Assembly (NCBI RefSeq): GCF_964355755.1
Contig: NC_092671.1
Span: 18,600,001 to 18,664,000, forward strand
From: Antedon mediterranea
Taxonomy: Eukaryota; Animalia; Echinodermata
Length of the DNA stretch: 64,000 bases
Direction of reading: 5' to 3'
Shown here: in pieces, positions 13,479 through 26,550 of the stretch
How positions within the stretch are numbered: position 1 is the first letter of the stretch
How the letters are laid out: every line of letters starts with the position of its first letter
Notes under the pieces: generated by a model
What the model saw: only the letters and a program-made list of their open reading frames with translations
The model's database searches: none
Told to the model about the DNA's origin: nothing
Program-made: the position numbers and the translations under genes

Positions 13479-13518
13479 CTCCTGAGGAAGATTAAAGCAC
13501 ATTGATCGAAACGTCGAG
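13479..13518 (+). ncRNA. Minimal type I hammerhead ribozyme in a Penelope pLTR remnant
   Basis: CTC-CTGAGGA-A-GATTAA-AGCACA-TTGATC-GAAACGTC-GAG; an inverted partial copy lies directly upstream at 13445-13467. Confidence 0.82.
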
Positions 13519-15649
13519 AAACTCAACAGTTCTTTTCAGAACTAATTTACGTGGTGTGCCGCAAACTTTAATCAACAATATTAACTAATGTTTTTCATCT
13601 ACGTTATGTTGAAAATGTCTTGTTTTAACAATTTCTTTATTTTTATATTTTAGATTTTGCGATTATGCAGTCTTGGTGGCCACAATGAAACAGATGTCCT
13701 CAATAGGATAATGGGTCATCTGCTTTTCAAACACACTTGCCTCAGAATTTAATTGGATGGGAAGAGGGGATAAGAAGGGATTCAGAGGACTAAAGCTTTC
13801 AAAAATTGTAAAAGGTAAATACTCTAATAAACAGCACCCGCCATTCCAAGATATACACTGGTCCCAACATTGCTTCGGTGATTTGACGAGAACTGGTGTT
13901 TCAAAGTGTGTATATGAATTACCGTCTGACTGATTTTGGACGGAGATGCACACATAAAATTGGATGTCTCTTCCTCGTTTTCAAAATAATATTTTAAAAA
14001 TCTTATTTAGTATTATTAAAATAATTATTTCAAATGCATAATTGCTTGTTTTATCTTGCTAATAGGGAAGCAAGAGGCTTTTGATTATATATTTTTCACA
14101 TGAGATAAAGTATTCTGTTGATGCACAATGTTTGTACACTTTGCAGTTTCAGCTAGAAGATCATGGACCGGAATGACGGAGGCCACATGTGAAAATAAAA
14201 TAAAATCTTGGCTGAAATACAGCAAGGACAGAGCTGGGGGAAGAAAACTTAGGGAACAAAAGAAGAAAGGTCAGTTCAATAGTTAAATTTAGTATTTAAA
14301 GATGTTTGTACTTTACTTGTAAATCAGGTATCAAGTCATTTTAAACCACCATCATGACGGCAACAACAATAATCCATGCTAGTGGTTATTTATTACGACT
14401 ACTAATTTTCAAACTAGAATTTAATTCGTCTCTTTAACGAATTATAAGTGATGTCATTTTATAATTTTACTGACATTTATTTTAAAACAAATCATGCACT
14501 TACGTTAAAATACCATCGCAAAATGTTGATACTGTATAATTATGGCATCTTTTGACCTGATGCATTTACGCTTATAGTGCTGAGTTATAATTATCTACAG
14601 CATATGTAGGCCTACATCTATATACAATGTAGCATAGGTGAAATTACGGGACCCACATTATGTTCTATTTTTTTTGGTATGATGGCGTTATCAAAGTAAA
14701 CATGAAGATGATGAATTGAGCAAAAAGATAAAAGATTTGGAATAAAATTAATTGGGCACGTAAAAGGGCGGCGGTGCGCGCTTTTTGAAATTTGTACAAC
14801 TTTTACTAAAAACTAACATTGTGTTAAATAAATTGCAATGCGATAAGCTTTCTACTATAGCTTATGGTTTGTAATCACTATGTGTGTATTTAGTAAACGT
14901 ATATAATTTACAGTTAATTGACAATAACTTGCTTTTCTTTTCTCTTTGTAGCAGCTGCAGCAGCAGCAAACACCGACGAAGCCGAAGATACCATAGATGA
15001 TGATGATGAACTTTTTATTTGAATTGTTGGTTATCCGTATACTGGATGCTTTTACGGCATCATATTGCCAGTAGATTTTGTAAAATAGGATTTGTTTTTT
15101 CTTTGGTACTATTATTCATATTTAAAAGAGCGCATCTCGCTTATCGATACCCCATTTCTCCCAGCTTTAAATATTTTCTTATTCAATAAATCATTCCTCG
15201 CATGAGTAGTAAACTTTTTAATTTTGATGACCTCATTATGTCTCAACATTTGAACAACATGGGTTAATTAATTTAATCTATATAGTAAATTGTAATCTAT
15301 AGCCCCTCAGGATGAAAAGTGGCCCTCATGATTAAATGTGTGCTCAAATTAACTTCCGAATTGATGAAATGTTAAAAACTTGATTAAAATGTAATCAAAC
15401 GTTGCAATTAATTATACATTTTTACATTCTTAAGAGACGAGTTCAAATCTATATAGTTTATTTGATTTTTAATTGTCTAGTTTTTAAATGTTTTACTTAA
15501 ATTGTTTATCATTAAATAAGTATACCTTTAATAAAAACAATTTCCAATCCAATATTTGCAGAGTACCGGCATTATTTAATTGTTAAGTTTCATTCATATT
15601 CATTCGATGGTACAATCTATTTACTACGGTGAATCGATGTAAATTAACA

Positions 15650-16614
15650 CAGCTACTCCAACACGTTGTGCTCACGCATAACCGACGAATACAAAATACG
15701 ATGACCGACGTAATCTATGACTTTAAGCCGACGTTGACCCAACACATTGGGCGAACTAATGCCCAACGAAGAACAATTACGTTAAACCAACGTCATCAAA
15801 AGTTGTTAGACCAATGTAATATAAATGACGTTAAGCCGACATCAACCCAACACGTTGAGCCAACCTAGACACGACAAATAAAAAAATACGTTGAACCAAC
15901 GTCATCAAAAGTTATTAGACCAACGTAATGTATATGACGTTAAGCCGACGTCAACCAAACACATGTCGGGCCAACATCGTTAAAAGATGTTAAGCCAACC
16001 ATAAATGACGACGTTGCCCGAACACGTTGTTGCAATGTCTGTCCAACGCGTTGGGCCCACTAAGGGCCGATGTAAAAAATAACGTTGGGCCTACGTCGGT
16101 AAAAGTAACGTCGGGCCTACGTCGGTAAAAGTTGTTAAGCCAACCATAAATAACGACGTTTGTCCGACGTCGCCCCAACACGTTGTTCCGATGTCTGTCC
16201 AACGCGTTGGGCCCACTAAGGGCCGACGGAAAATATTACGTCGGGCCTATGTCGCGGTATAAGATGTCGAGCCAACCATAAACGACGACGTTTGGCCGAC
16301 GTCGCCCCAACACGTTGTTCCAATGTCTGTTCAACGCGTTGGGCCCACTAAGGGCCGATGGAAAAAATTACGTCGGGCCTACGTTGGTAACAGTAACGTC
16401 GGGCCTACGTCGGTAAAAGATGTCAAGCCAACCATAAACGACGACGTTTGCCCGACGTCGCCCCAACACGTTGTTCCGATGTCTGTACAACGCGTTGGGC
16501 CCACTAAGGGCCGATGGAAAAAATTACGTCGGGCCTACGTCGCCTAAAGTTGTTGGCCCAACGTAACTGTTGACCTTACGCCAACGTCGGTACAACGTGT
16601 GATTGCTAGCTGGG
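15650..16614. repeat. Right subterminal repeat array and terminus of the EnSpm element
   Basis: Repeated blocks such as CAACGCGTTGGGCCCACTAAGGGCCGA (about 16045, 16200, 16333, 16490) become more conserved toward the terminal GCTAGCTGGG at 16614. Confidence 0.88.
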
Positions 16615-17072
16615 TTATTATATGTTTTGATCGAAAACTTTGATTTTCGGTTATATTATTTTTTTTCGACTAATTTTTGGTGAAAGTTAATAACTATGAT
16701 ACTTCAAAATCACCCACTTTTTTTCGAAATATTAAAAAAAAATTGTTGTTGAATTAGTCAAAGCTAAGGGACAATGTCTAGCGCCCTAGGATCAAACAAT
16801 TTTTCAAGACTTCTTCAACTTCAGAACACTGGAAATGCATGTCAATCAAAATCTAGATAATGGATGGAAACCTTAAAAACAATGTTCAATGTTTGTCATC
16901 TGATCGTCTTTAGGCCTATCTAACAACGAAGGATAGTCACCCGGTAGGTTGACTTGGATTTTAAAGGGTCTACACTCGACTCCAATCTATGACTTGACGT
17001 ACATTAGGCCTAATATACTTTTTATGAAAAAATAAACTTTATAAAAGGATTGTCTATGTTTTTACTTTATAG

Positions 17073-17820
17073 GTATTACTTGGTACTGGGTCTTACGGAA
17101 AAGTTTTTTCTAAATCGCATTGGGGATTGTAATGGCAATCTTGCTGTTAAGACTATCACAACAACCAATAAGTCTAAAAAAATTCAATCGATTCATCGAC
17201 AAACTGGCAGTTTCACTTGAAGCCACTTGAAGCCATGGTGTTATCTCAAGAAAATGACGTTTTTCCATGGTGTATGGTGTTTGTGAAGCAGTTACCTCTG
17301 ATACACAATGGGCCATTGTTATGCCGGGAATTTGTTGGCCATTCAACATCATTCAAATCAACATCACTAATGAAAGCTTTGGCAGCGCAGTGGTTCAATT
17401 CACCACACGATTTATTGTTTCAACATAATTTTGGATCGAAGTTCAAATGAATGGTTTGATTCACAATGACCTGGCGACCCGGAATATTTTCCTTTACAAC
17501 ATTTTCTCGTATCTCGGCAAAAATTGTCGACTAGACTCAGTTTGCTCGATCCGCAGAAGCACCGTTTGATTTATTCCAGTTGAACAATACCGACAAAGCC
17601 GACCTAATGCAAGATTGGTACCCGGAACATGCACCAGAGCTGTATATCAACACCCAACCGACCTTTGACTTTGCCTCTACAGTTTTGGTGTCATAATTGA
17701 AGGCATTGCCGCTAACAAAGCATTAATACCGCTAATGGATATCAGCGGACTCTGCCTTATTGCAGACCAAACCAAAGACCAGCCATCGAAGACTTAATTG
17801 GTCACATTGAATTCGAATTG
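17073..17820 (+). pseudogene. Decayed protein kinase domain
   Basis: Across frameshifts: LLGTGSYGKV (Gly loop), LAVK, LIHNDLATRNIF (catalytic loop), EHAPELY, SFGVII; multiple indels and stops. Confidence 0.72.
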
Positions 17821-19794
17821 TTTAATTTCAAGAAGAATCAAAATTAATATTGCTTTAAAAATTATGCAGTTTCAAATAATATGATCAACAAAATATGATT
17901 ATCTATTTTAACTGGAGAATGTGTTATGTAATTATTATATTGGATTTATAGTTTGATATCGATGTTAATTCTGAATTTAATACAAGTGACGATGAACATT
18001 GATGAAGTGAAGCTCGCATAAACATTCGTTGCTTGATGCCCGTTCGTTATATCATCTAGCACAATATCATTAAACAATGCTGAAAAAATAGAGGAGTTCT
18101 ACTAAAATACTTAAAACGAACTGTCAGAAATATTAAGATCGTAAAAGTGTAAAACAAAGTATAGGTAAAACTAGCAACGTACAACCATGATATCGATAAC
18201 AGTTTCCCCCTTCACTACTCAAATAAGGCAAGTTTTCTTTTGTTTGCCTGTCCTAGTCTCCATAAAAGACATATGCAGTAGTATAGGCCTACATTTTTTT
18301 CAATATTTAAACCTGTTACGTCAGATACGGTAGTGGTCCAGAACAAAATACATTATGTACTTAGACCTACTGTGACATACAAGGATTTTGCAGGAACTAA
18401 TAAAAACAAAACACGCATGCATTACGTACATAATTATTATATTAGGGACTAAATATTGTGTGCTGGTGTATAACACATACACACATTTTTTCTTCATTCA
18501 TCTTTTTCAGCCTACATTAAATGTCTGCGTTTAAACAATAATAGGCCTACCAATCAACTTATCAACATGGCAGGTTTTTTATTTTAAATAATATAAAACT
18601 TGAGTTGGAATAGGTTGTTATTGGCAATGGATAATGGAAAGCTCTTCACAATTTCCTAACCAACCTCTGAAACTGTCCCAGCCCAACATACACTATCAAA
18701 CAACAAACAGATATCAACGTATACGATCGGCCATCTATATTTTTTTAAACAGCATATTGTGTATAGATTTTACAAGCAGTAAATACGCCGGCCGAAGTTG
18801 AATTCCTATTTTGAGCGAGATCCTGGATTCTCGAAGACATCATCTAATCTTCCATTTTTGTGTGCTTCTGATTTTGGTTGAGATAATTCCTTCTAACATC
18901 TAATGCGATGAAAACAATCATATCGAGTAAAACACAATTTTTACAATAGTTATTTATAATATGGGCTTTAAAATATGTTTATATAAACAATTTGATGATA
19001 TAAACGGTGTTTAGTTGTATATAAGCAGCCGGTCTGTCCGCAATTTTATTTACCTCCAAGGAAGATGTCGATTACATTGTACGTGTCTGTCTGTTTGTTT
19101 GTTTGTTAGCAGGATTACTATTATTGCAAGATCTTTACCAAAATGAAAATAGAGATAGATAGATATGAGGTCAAGATCACTCCATTAAATGTTTGTTTTT
19201 GGCGTTCTGTTTTGTCAACTGAAACATTTTGCTTGGACGTGAATATACAATTTTCTATATACCTATGGTTCTATAGTTCTAGAATGAAAACTGTTTATAA
19301 TTATTTCTTTTGTTTTATGTATGAAAAATGCATAGGCTATTTGTCGATTTATCGTCAATCGTTATCGTCCTAGTCTAGGCCTAAATGGGTCTTGACAGTA
19401 ATCTTTAAAATAGCAATGAAGAAGGAACGGCATGAACTAGATTTTCAAAAATGTTTGATGTTTTCATTCATTATCTTGCTAACAATAAAACAGTATCAAA
19501 GACAAAATCATATGCAAAATCAAGGTGAACATACATCATAACAAAATAAAGAAAATTTGATAAAGTCATAGCATATACTGACAAGTTGCTGCCTGGGTGG
19601 ACAGGAATAAAAGAAATACAACAAAGGAGACAGGGTGGTGAATGGTGGGTGGACCCTGAATCAGAGTAGAAAACAAAGAAGGTGGCTTGGTAGAGATATA
19701 AACAATTTTGAAATTGAACTAAAAAACACCTTAAATGGTGGTTAATATTGAAACTTAAATTTTGGTAGTCAATGGAATAATTTTACCGATCTTG

Positions 19795-20036
19795 GAGTTT
19801 GTTCCTAATGTAAAGTCCAAAAGGTTTTGTGGTTTAAAGTAATAATTCCCAGTGGTTTTTGTTTTCCGAGTTTGTCGATCCATTGACATCGTGGTCTATT
19901 GCAATAACTCTGAAATTTGCAATCGAGTGACCAGCTGAATTAAAATGTTTGGCTACAGGTTGATCAAGCTTTAATGTTTTGATAGCTGATCTGTGCTGGT
20001 CATTCTCATAAGGAGAGTGTTTTTTGTTTCCCCGTA
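19795..20036 (-). mobile_element. Penelope-like retroelement GIY-YIG endonuclease fragment
   Basis: Minus strand YGETKNTLLMRM..RSAIKTLKLDQPVAKHFNSAGHSIANFRVIAID..W..TTKPFGL, with a frameshift and a stop. Confidence 0.72.
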
Positions 20037-20685
20037 GTTGCTGTCAATTGGTATGTTTGTGCAGTCTGGGGCAACTTACAGGATATTAAGTTGCTGTCAA
20101 TGGTATGTTTGTGCATCCCAATGTGTGACCGTTACAGTGAAAAAGGAATGAGCCATGTGGCTCTTGTGAATAACATCATTTTTTAGTGGTCAGTTCTTGG
20201 GGGTACTGTCTCGGAAAACTTACAGGGAGGATAAAGTTGCTGTCATCGCTGTTGTAACATTGTATACACATGGGGACGTCCAACAACTTTTATCCGTGTG
20301 GCTTTTCACATGATTAAATCGATTTTTTACCCCCTTATTTGGTGTCCCCAGGGAAAATTTACAGGATAGGACCCGGCACCAATATTGATTATTGAATCTT
20401 AGCTATATATATCTACATAAATCAGCAGCCCATCAAACCTTGTTTTGTTAGTAATAATTCTCTGGGCGCCCGGTCTATGTTGTTTTGTTAGTTCGTGTAT
20501 CAAGTGTTTTGGCAACAATAATAAAGGTTACATTTAACAAGCCCATATGGATAGCTTGCCCACACGCGCGTGCCGAATTCATTTACAGTGTTTACCGACC
20601 GACCGACAAAGTGAGCCCTGTGAGTCACGACGACGACTCGACTAAAAATGCTAATACATAGAGGGCAGTATATGTAAATAGGAAA

Positions 20686-21505
20686 CAGAGCCATATATAT
20701 AAAGAGTTACGACATTGAAAATTAGAAGCCATTTTTGTGTCAAAGAATTCGCACGCTGAGGGCGCGCGCGTCTCTTTTGTATAGCGTTTTCCTGTAGTTC
20801 CATGCATTATTTTTAGATTTTGTTGTCAATGAAATAACGCTTAGATTCCGTTTTTATTTTAGTAAATAATGTTATTAATGGTATTAATTTGGTAACATAT
20901 ATATATTGTCTCTATAATAACAAAAGAATAAATGCTAGGGCCTACATGCAAGTCAGGATACATCAAAGCATGAACCAATACAAAAAACACACAAATTCAC
21001 CCCTCTTTTTATACAGTATATGGCTCTCTGTGTGTTTTTGACACAAACTTTCAGAGACTCGTTCATCATTTCATTTGTAATAATTTGCCTTTATTATTTT
21101 AATATTGTTCATACCTATTCAATATATTAACAAATATATCCACGACACTTTATTATTTTATTTAGTCATCAAAGCATGCATTATGAATTGAAAATATTAC
21201 ATAATTGTTATTAATGGGACATAGTTATGGGATGTTTTGTTCCAAAATCAATCAATCGAACGTTATAATGTACTAGCGTACGCGCGCGCAATATTCTTTG
21301 GCGCAAGTGGTTCTGTACGCTGTGCACGTCGATATTCCACCGTAAAATGTGCAATTACATTTTTTTTAATATAAGAAAAAGTTTAAAGTAATTTCTTGCT
21401 CCTATACTTTACATCCATTAACGGAGACAAGTTTGACACAAATTGATCTGCATATCACGTGACTTAAATCCAATGTCGTAACTCTTTATATATATTATGG
21501 CTCTG
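20686..21505. mobile_element. Non-autonomous hAT-type element (MITE)
   Basis: TIRs CAGAGCCATATATATAAAGAGTTACGACATTG / CAATGTCGTAACTCTTTATATATATTATGGCTCTG; perfect 8-bp TSD ATAGGAAA at 20678-20685 and 21506-21513. Confidence 0.85.
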
Positions 21506-21705
21506 ATAGGAAATGTAATGTATGCTTGTTTTATAAATTTGTTACTGGAAGATATTATTTAATAACAATGTAAAGGTAGTAATGTATATTATAATATAAA
21601 ATTATTTAGCTGATTTTATATATTTTTTTCTTGTAGATACTAAATGTAATAATTTATTTCCTAACAGTAATGAAATTGACATAAAATAGTTTTTGTACCC
21701 ACATG

Positions 21706-21789
21706 AGAAGTTTCTTGAAAATTCCCGTCGTCGCGTGAATGTTAGGTTCATGTTCTAGTAAATTGAACCTTAATTTCTACTCTATAAAA
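21706..21789 (+). promoter_or_regulatory. Heat-shock promoter of DNAJA1: four-unit HSE plus TATA box
   Basis: aGAAgtTTCttGAAaaTTCc at 21706-21725; TATAAAA at 21783; likely non-coding first exon ending at the AG|GTAAGT donor at 21861. Confidence 0.8.
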
Positions 21790-23106
21790 ACCCTCCTAAA
21801 AGATATTTCTTTTGTAAATGAGCATTTCGTTGAGCCTAAATTAAAGTTTGTTTTTAAAAGGTAAGTATTAGAAGTACTTAGGCTTAGAATCTTTTATAAA
21901 ATTATCCGGTTAGCACGTCCGGTTCGGGTTAATGCATGATGACTGTACAGACCAGTGTGCTGACTGAGTTTGAACAAAAAGCTAGGCTAGCCTATTAAAT
22001 ATTAGGTCTAAAACAGAATTGTATGGCTTCTTTATGACGTCGGTGTGGTTGGATATTATACAAATAAAGAATGTTTATGAGTTGGATAGTGAGAATATTT
22101 CAAGAAAATCAGTCGATTTGTCATCGGATGATGATGAAATTAAAATTGTAATTCTTCCATATTCAATTTTCTGCCATCCATTCCACATACATCTAGGCCT
22201 AGGCTAGTTTAGGATATACAATACTAAGAAGGTGTTTTCACACAGATCGCGAGGAAATTTTATGAGAGTAGCCAAACAAGCGCATTGCATTATGAGATAT
22301 GTATGACTGGAAGTCAAAGTTATTTTTTGAACAAAAAAACGTCTGTATTTCAGTTAAATGATTTTTTTTGGACTAATTTTTGGTGAAAGTTATTAACTAT
22401 TATTAATTGTTATGATACTTCAAAATAACCCACTTTTTTCGAAATGTTTTTTTTTTTTTTAATTAGTCAAAGGGACAATACACCTTTAAATTTATCCATC
22501 GTAAATCATTGACGAATGATAGGCCAGGAAGCTATGCCAATTGTCACATATCTATCTACATCCAATATATGTGTGTATGACGTCACAGTCAGGAGTTCCC
22601 AGAATGCTTTGGAATAAAGTTACACTCTCTCTCATTGATCTCATATAGTCGTCTGTCAATTTATTTCTTGCAACTAATAATTGCAATATATACGTTTAAC
22701 AACGTCACATGGTGTCAGAAGTGGCAGTGTTTAAACTTTGTACACAGAGTAGAAAAACAAGTTGATTTGCGAACACGATCGGATTATTCAACAATGTCCT
22801 GTGTCACAAATTCTCAAAATGAAAGAAAATGAACGTGCCACCGTTTTATATCACTTTTTCGTAAGAGATATGGCTAATTCAAAATGACACAAGATGCATA
22901 ATGGACCGATCAAATTGCAAGAATACAATCAGGCCTACAGTACAGTATGTCTTGCAGTTAAATAGTGCATGTTTTTAAATGAATTGAAACCACATCGATA
23001 AATATACACATGAAATTTTAATTTTATGGAAATGATCTGTTTTACCTATTATTTATTATCTTAACTTAATTTGTAGTTTCTATTTTTTCAGTAAAAAGAA
23101 ATCAAA

Positions 23107-26100
23107 ATGGTGAAGGAAACGGGTTATTATGATTTACTTGGTGTTAAGCCAGAGGCAACCGAGAATGAACTGAAAAAAGCATATAGAAAACTTGCATTGA
23201 AATATCATCCAGACAGAAATCCTGAAGATCCTGAAAAAGTGAGTTTGTAAGAAATTGTTTAGATTAAGAGCCCGTTTATACTACAGACGATAACCGGAGA
23301 CGATAAATATATTCACAAATCCAATTTCAAAAATATTATTTGAATCAAAAGATGGTACTGTATACGATTATTCTACAGTATAGTTCTAAAGTTTAAGATG
23401 AAACTTTCTTTTGTTTTCTGTAGAAATATAATAATATATAATAATACCAGATTTATATAGCGCCCTTTTCATGAGTAATCATGCTCAAAGGCGCTTTACA
23501 AGCATTATTACCCCAGTATTTTTTGGGATCAAACACGTATGGAAACATACTCCCATAATGCAGCCGGTAACCAGCGCAGTTGTGTCTAGATCTAACTGGG
23601 TACCCATTTATACACCTGGGTGGAGAGAGGCAAACGTAAGTAAAGTATCTTGCCTACGGATACAAGCAATGCGGCGAGAGTTGGATTCGAACCTAGGTCT
23701 GACGATCGGTAGTCCAACGTCCAACACACTGCGCCACACGAAATAATATTACAGTAGTATTTGTTGTTATTGTCCTTATACAGTACAGTTGGTACTGAAC
23801 TAAAGAACTAGAAACCGGACACTGATTAGCAACATTTTAATTCAACTTCTTTCTACAGTAATTTTTGAAATGGTTCATTTTACAGTTTAAACAGATATCC
23901 CAAGCATATGAAGTTTTATCAGATTCCAAGAAGCGCGATCTTTATGACCGAGGTGGTGATCAAGCTATCAAAGAAGGGGGCACAGGGGAGGGGCATTTCT
24001 CTTCACCTATGGATATATTTGACATGTTTTTCGGTGGTGGTGGTGGAGGAGGTGGAGGGCGACGTGAACGTAAGGGCAAGGATGTTATTCATCAACTCAG
24101 TGTTACGCTTGAGGAAATGTACAATGCTTCGGTTAGGAAATTAGCTCTACAAAAAAATGTTGTGTGTGAGAAGTGTGAAGGTAATTTTTTTAATTATTTG
24201 AATTTGAAACAACTAAAAAATTACAAATATATACATAATCCACAATGAATGCCATGAGTTCATAAAGATACAAGTATAAAACTTTTCATAAAGAAACAAT
24301 TGGTTTGTACAGTGCATAAATTCAGTCACTTCAAAGCATCTTACAATGTATACAACAATTGACTTGAAAATATACAAAAGTGTGTTGCAATTATATTTGT
24401 ACTGTACTGGTTGTATATTTCTAAAATTGAAACTAATTATATAAAAATATTTATGTTTTATAAAACAGGTAAGGGTGGTAAAAAAGGTGCAGTGGAGAAG
24501 TGCCCAATATGTCGAGGAACTGGAGTTCAGGTACAAATACATCAGTTAGGTCCTGGCATGGTTCAACAGATTCAATCTGTTTGTCGTAGCTGTGAAGGAC
24601 AGGGAGAACGAATAAATGAAAAGGATCGTTGTAAAACATGTAGTGGCAAGAAAATTGTAAGAGAACGGAAGATTTTAGAGGTGCATGTAGATAAAGGTAA
24701 CAAAACCAGCTCTTGTGTAATTAACTAGAAAAGATACCCACCCCAAACAGGGTGCTTGCTTTCCCCCAAACGTAGTTTAAAACATTCCCATTACAATAAC
24801 ATTCATTTTGATACTTTGTGTGTATAAATGCATACAATAGCAAACAAATGTATAACCAACAATCAAAGTAGGTTATTTAGATGCCAGCTATGTTGGCAGA
24901 TAAAGTGTCATATAACCAGTCCACTGCAGTTTAAAGTAAATTTTGTACCTCATGTGTATGTATATGCGTCTAGTAGGAACAATTTGTATTTAACATAGCC
25001 GTACAAACTGTCTACAATATAGATGAGTGGTGGTTACGATACCCAGACACTTTGAGAACTCCTTTACAATGAGATGGATATACTGATAGTACTTTGCCTT
25101 TATATACAAAGGTAGAGGTTAAAAGTATGATTGGTTTGTCTTTGTATAAAGGTATGAAGGATGGACAGAAGATTTTCTTTAGGGGAGAGGGAGACCAAGA
25201 GCCCGGTTTAGAACCAGGTGACATCATTATTATAATTGACGAAAAGGAACATCCGATTTATAAAAGACAAGGAAATGATCTTCTAATTAAAATGGAAATT
25301 AAATTAGTCGAAGCTCTTTGTGGTTTCCAGAAAGTATTGAAGACTTTGGACAACAGGGAGCTGCTCATTATCTCACATGCAGGTATGTTTATTGTTTCTA
25401 TGACAACCTTGTGTTGTAAGCAAAGATGTTATAATTAACTAAAAAGTAAATTGCAATGCAATCCGAGCTGAAAGAGGCAAGTTACCATGAAGAGGAACCA
25501 CACGGTATGGCTGCATGAGCCAATCAAATACACCAGTTTAAAATCATGCCTCTACTAAAATATTATATAACCTCTTTTGTTGTTAGACCAATGGTCACAT
25601 ATTGCTTGGCATAGCTTTTTTGTATAGAAAGCTCCACCCAAAAGCCAAGCCCTCGCCCAACCTACGCACTATTTTAAAATGTTATAACAATTAGTTAGAC
25701 ACTAGATTTTAAACTGTCAAATTTGTATGTGTACCAGTACCTGTAAGTTTGTACCCTGTTTTTTTTTGGATCATGAAATGACAACAATAAGTATAATCTT
25801 GTTGCTTTTTATTTTCTTCATTGAAGGTGATGTAGTGAAACATGATGAGCTGAAGTGTATCCTAAATGAAGGAATGCCGTTTTATAAAAACCCATATGAG
25901 AAAGGTCGTTTAATCATCAGATTTAACGTTATCTTCCCAAGTGACGGATTTGTGCCGTTAGATAAACTAAAAGAGTTAGAAAGTCTTCTTCCAGAACGTG
26001 AAGAACCTATTCCAGATGAGAACGCTGAAGAAGTTGATTTAGTCTCATTTGACCCTTCAACATACCGTCAAAAAGCAAGCCACAATCACGCATATAATGA

Positions 26101-26146
26101 GGATGATGACATGGGCGGTAGACGAGTCCAATGTCAAAGTCATTGA
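23107..26146 (+). CDS. DNAJA1: DnaJ homolog subfamily A (DNAJA1/4-like) Hsp40 co-chaperone
   Basis: Exons 23107-23238, 23886-24180, 24469-24696, 25152-25382, 25827-26146. J domain ([17 protein letters not shown]), G/F region, four CxxCxGxG repeats, C-terminal CaaX-like CQSH. Confidence 0.95.
23430..23742 (-). mobile_element. tRNA-derived SINE with CORE-like domain and LINE-like tail
   Basis: Minus strand GTGGCGCAGTG..GGTTCGAATCC, TCCACCCAGGTGTATAAATGGGTACC, tail GTAAAGCGCC..GCGCTATATAAAT with (TTA)n. Confidence 0.8.
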
Positions 26147-26550
26147 CGACAGTTGTATTCTGATATGAATATTTCAAACGGTATGAAAATTGATGTACAT
26201 GAAAATTATATTCTTTGTGGATATAAAGCATCACTATTTAAATGGTTCAGTCTACTCCTTTATGTACCACATATTTTTAAAAACTACAATTTATATTACT
26301 GCAAAAAAGGACTGTTGTTAAATCTATCTATCGCCATAGTGTTTATAATTGCACTACACAATATAATAATTTATTTAGAAGCTACACTTTTTCTAAAGCA
26401 TGACAACAATTTCTTGTGCAAGTACTGTAAAACTATTCCGCAAATGATTGCCTTAACTGATAATAGGTAATTGCTATTCATATTTTCATTTGTATATTTG
26501 TGTATCTTAACAATTTACATAAACAGAATTATATAAACTGATACAATAAA

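Larger units (their letters stand above)
11524..15022 (+). pseudogene. EnSpm second gene (DUF4806-type), 7 exons, disrupted
   Basis: Phase-consistent GT-AG exons 11524-11716, 11866-11962, 12317-12480, 12607-12639, 13084-~13287, ~13654-13814, 14147-14269 and a short terminal exon 14952-15022. Motifs VPLSW..CWWP, YERARQKL, LGG..FNWMGRGDKKGF, WLKYSKDRAGGRK. In-frame TAG at 13143-13145 and a +1 T frameshift near 13725. Confidence 0.75.
1..16614 (+). mobile_element. Large CACTA/EnSpm (CMC superfamily) DNA transposon; left terminus lies upstream of the window
   Basis: Right end reads GATTGCTAGCTGGG (minus strand CCCAGCTAGC), preceded by a ~1 kb CCAACG/CGTTGG subterminal array. A related array decays inward at 1-350. 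Contains a CMC-type transposase and a DUF4806-type gene. Joining the 1-350 array to the same element is inferred. Confidence 0.75.

Noticed and set aside
15629-16547. Short ORFs and a CRISPR-like look in the repeat array
   Set aside because: Sequences between repeats are themselves repeated, the context is eukaryotic with no cas genes, and the array is a transposon subterminal repeat.
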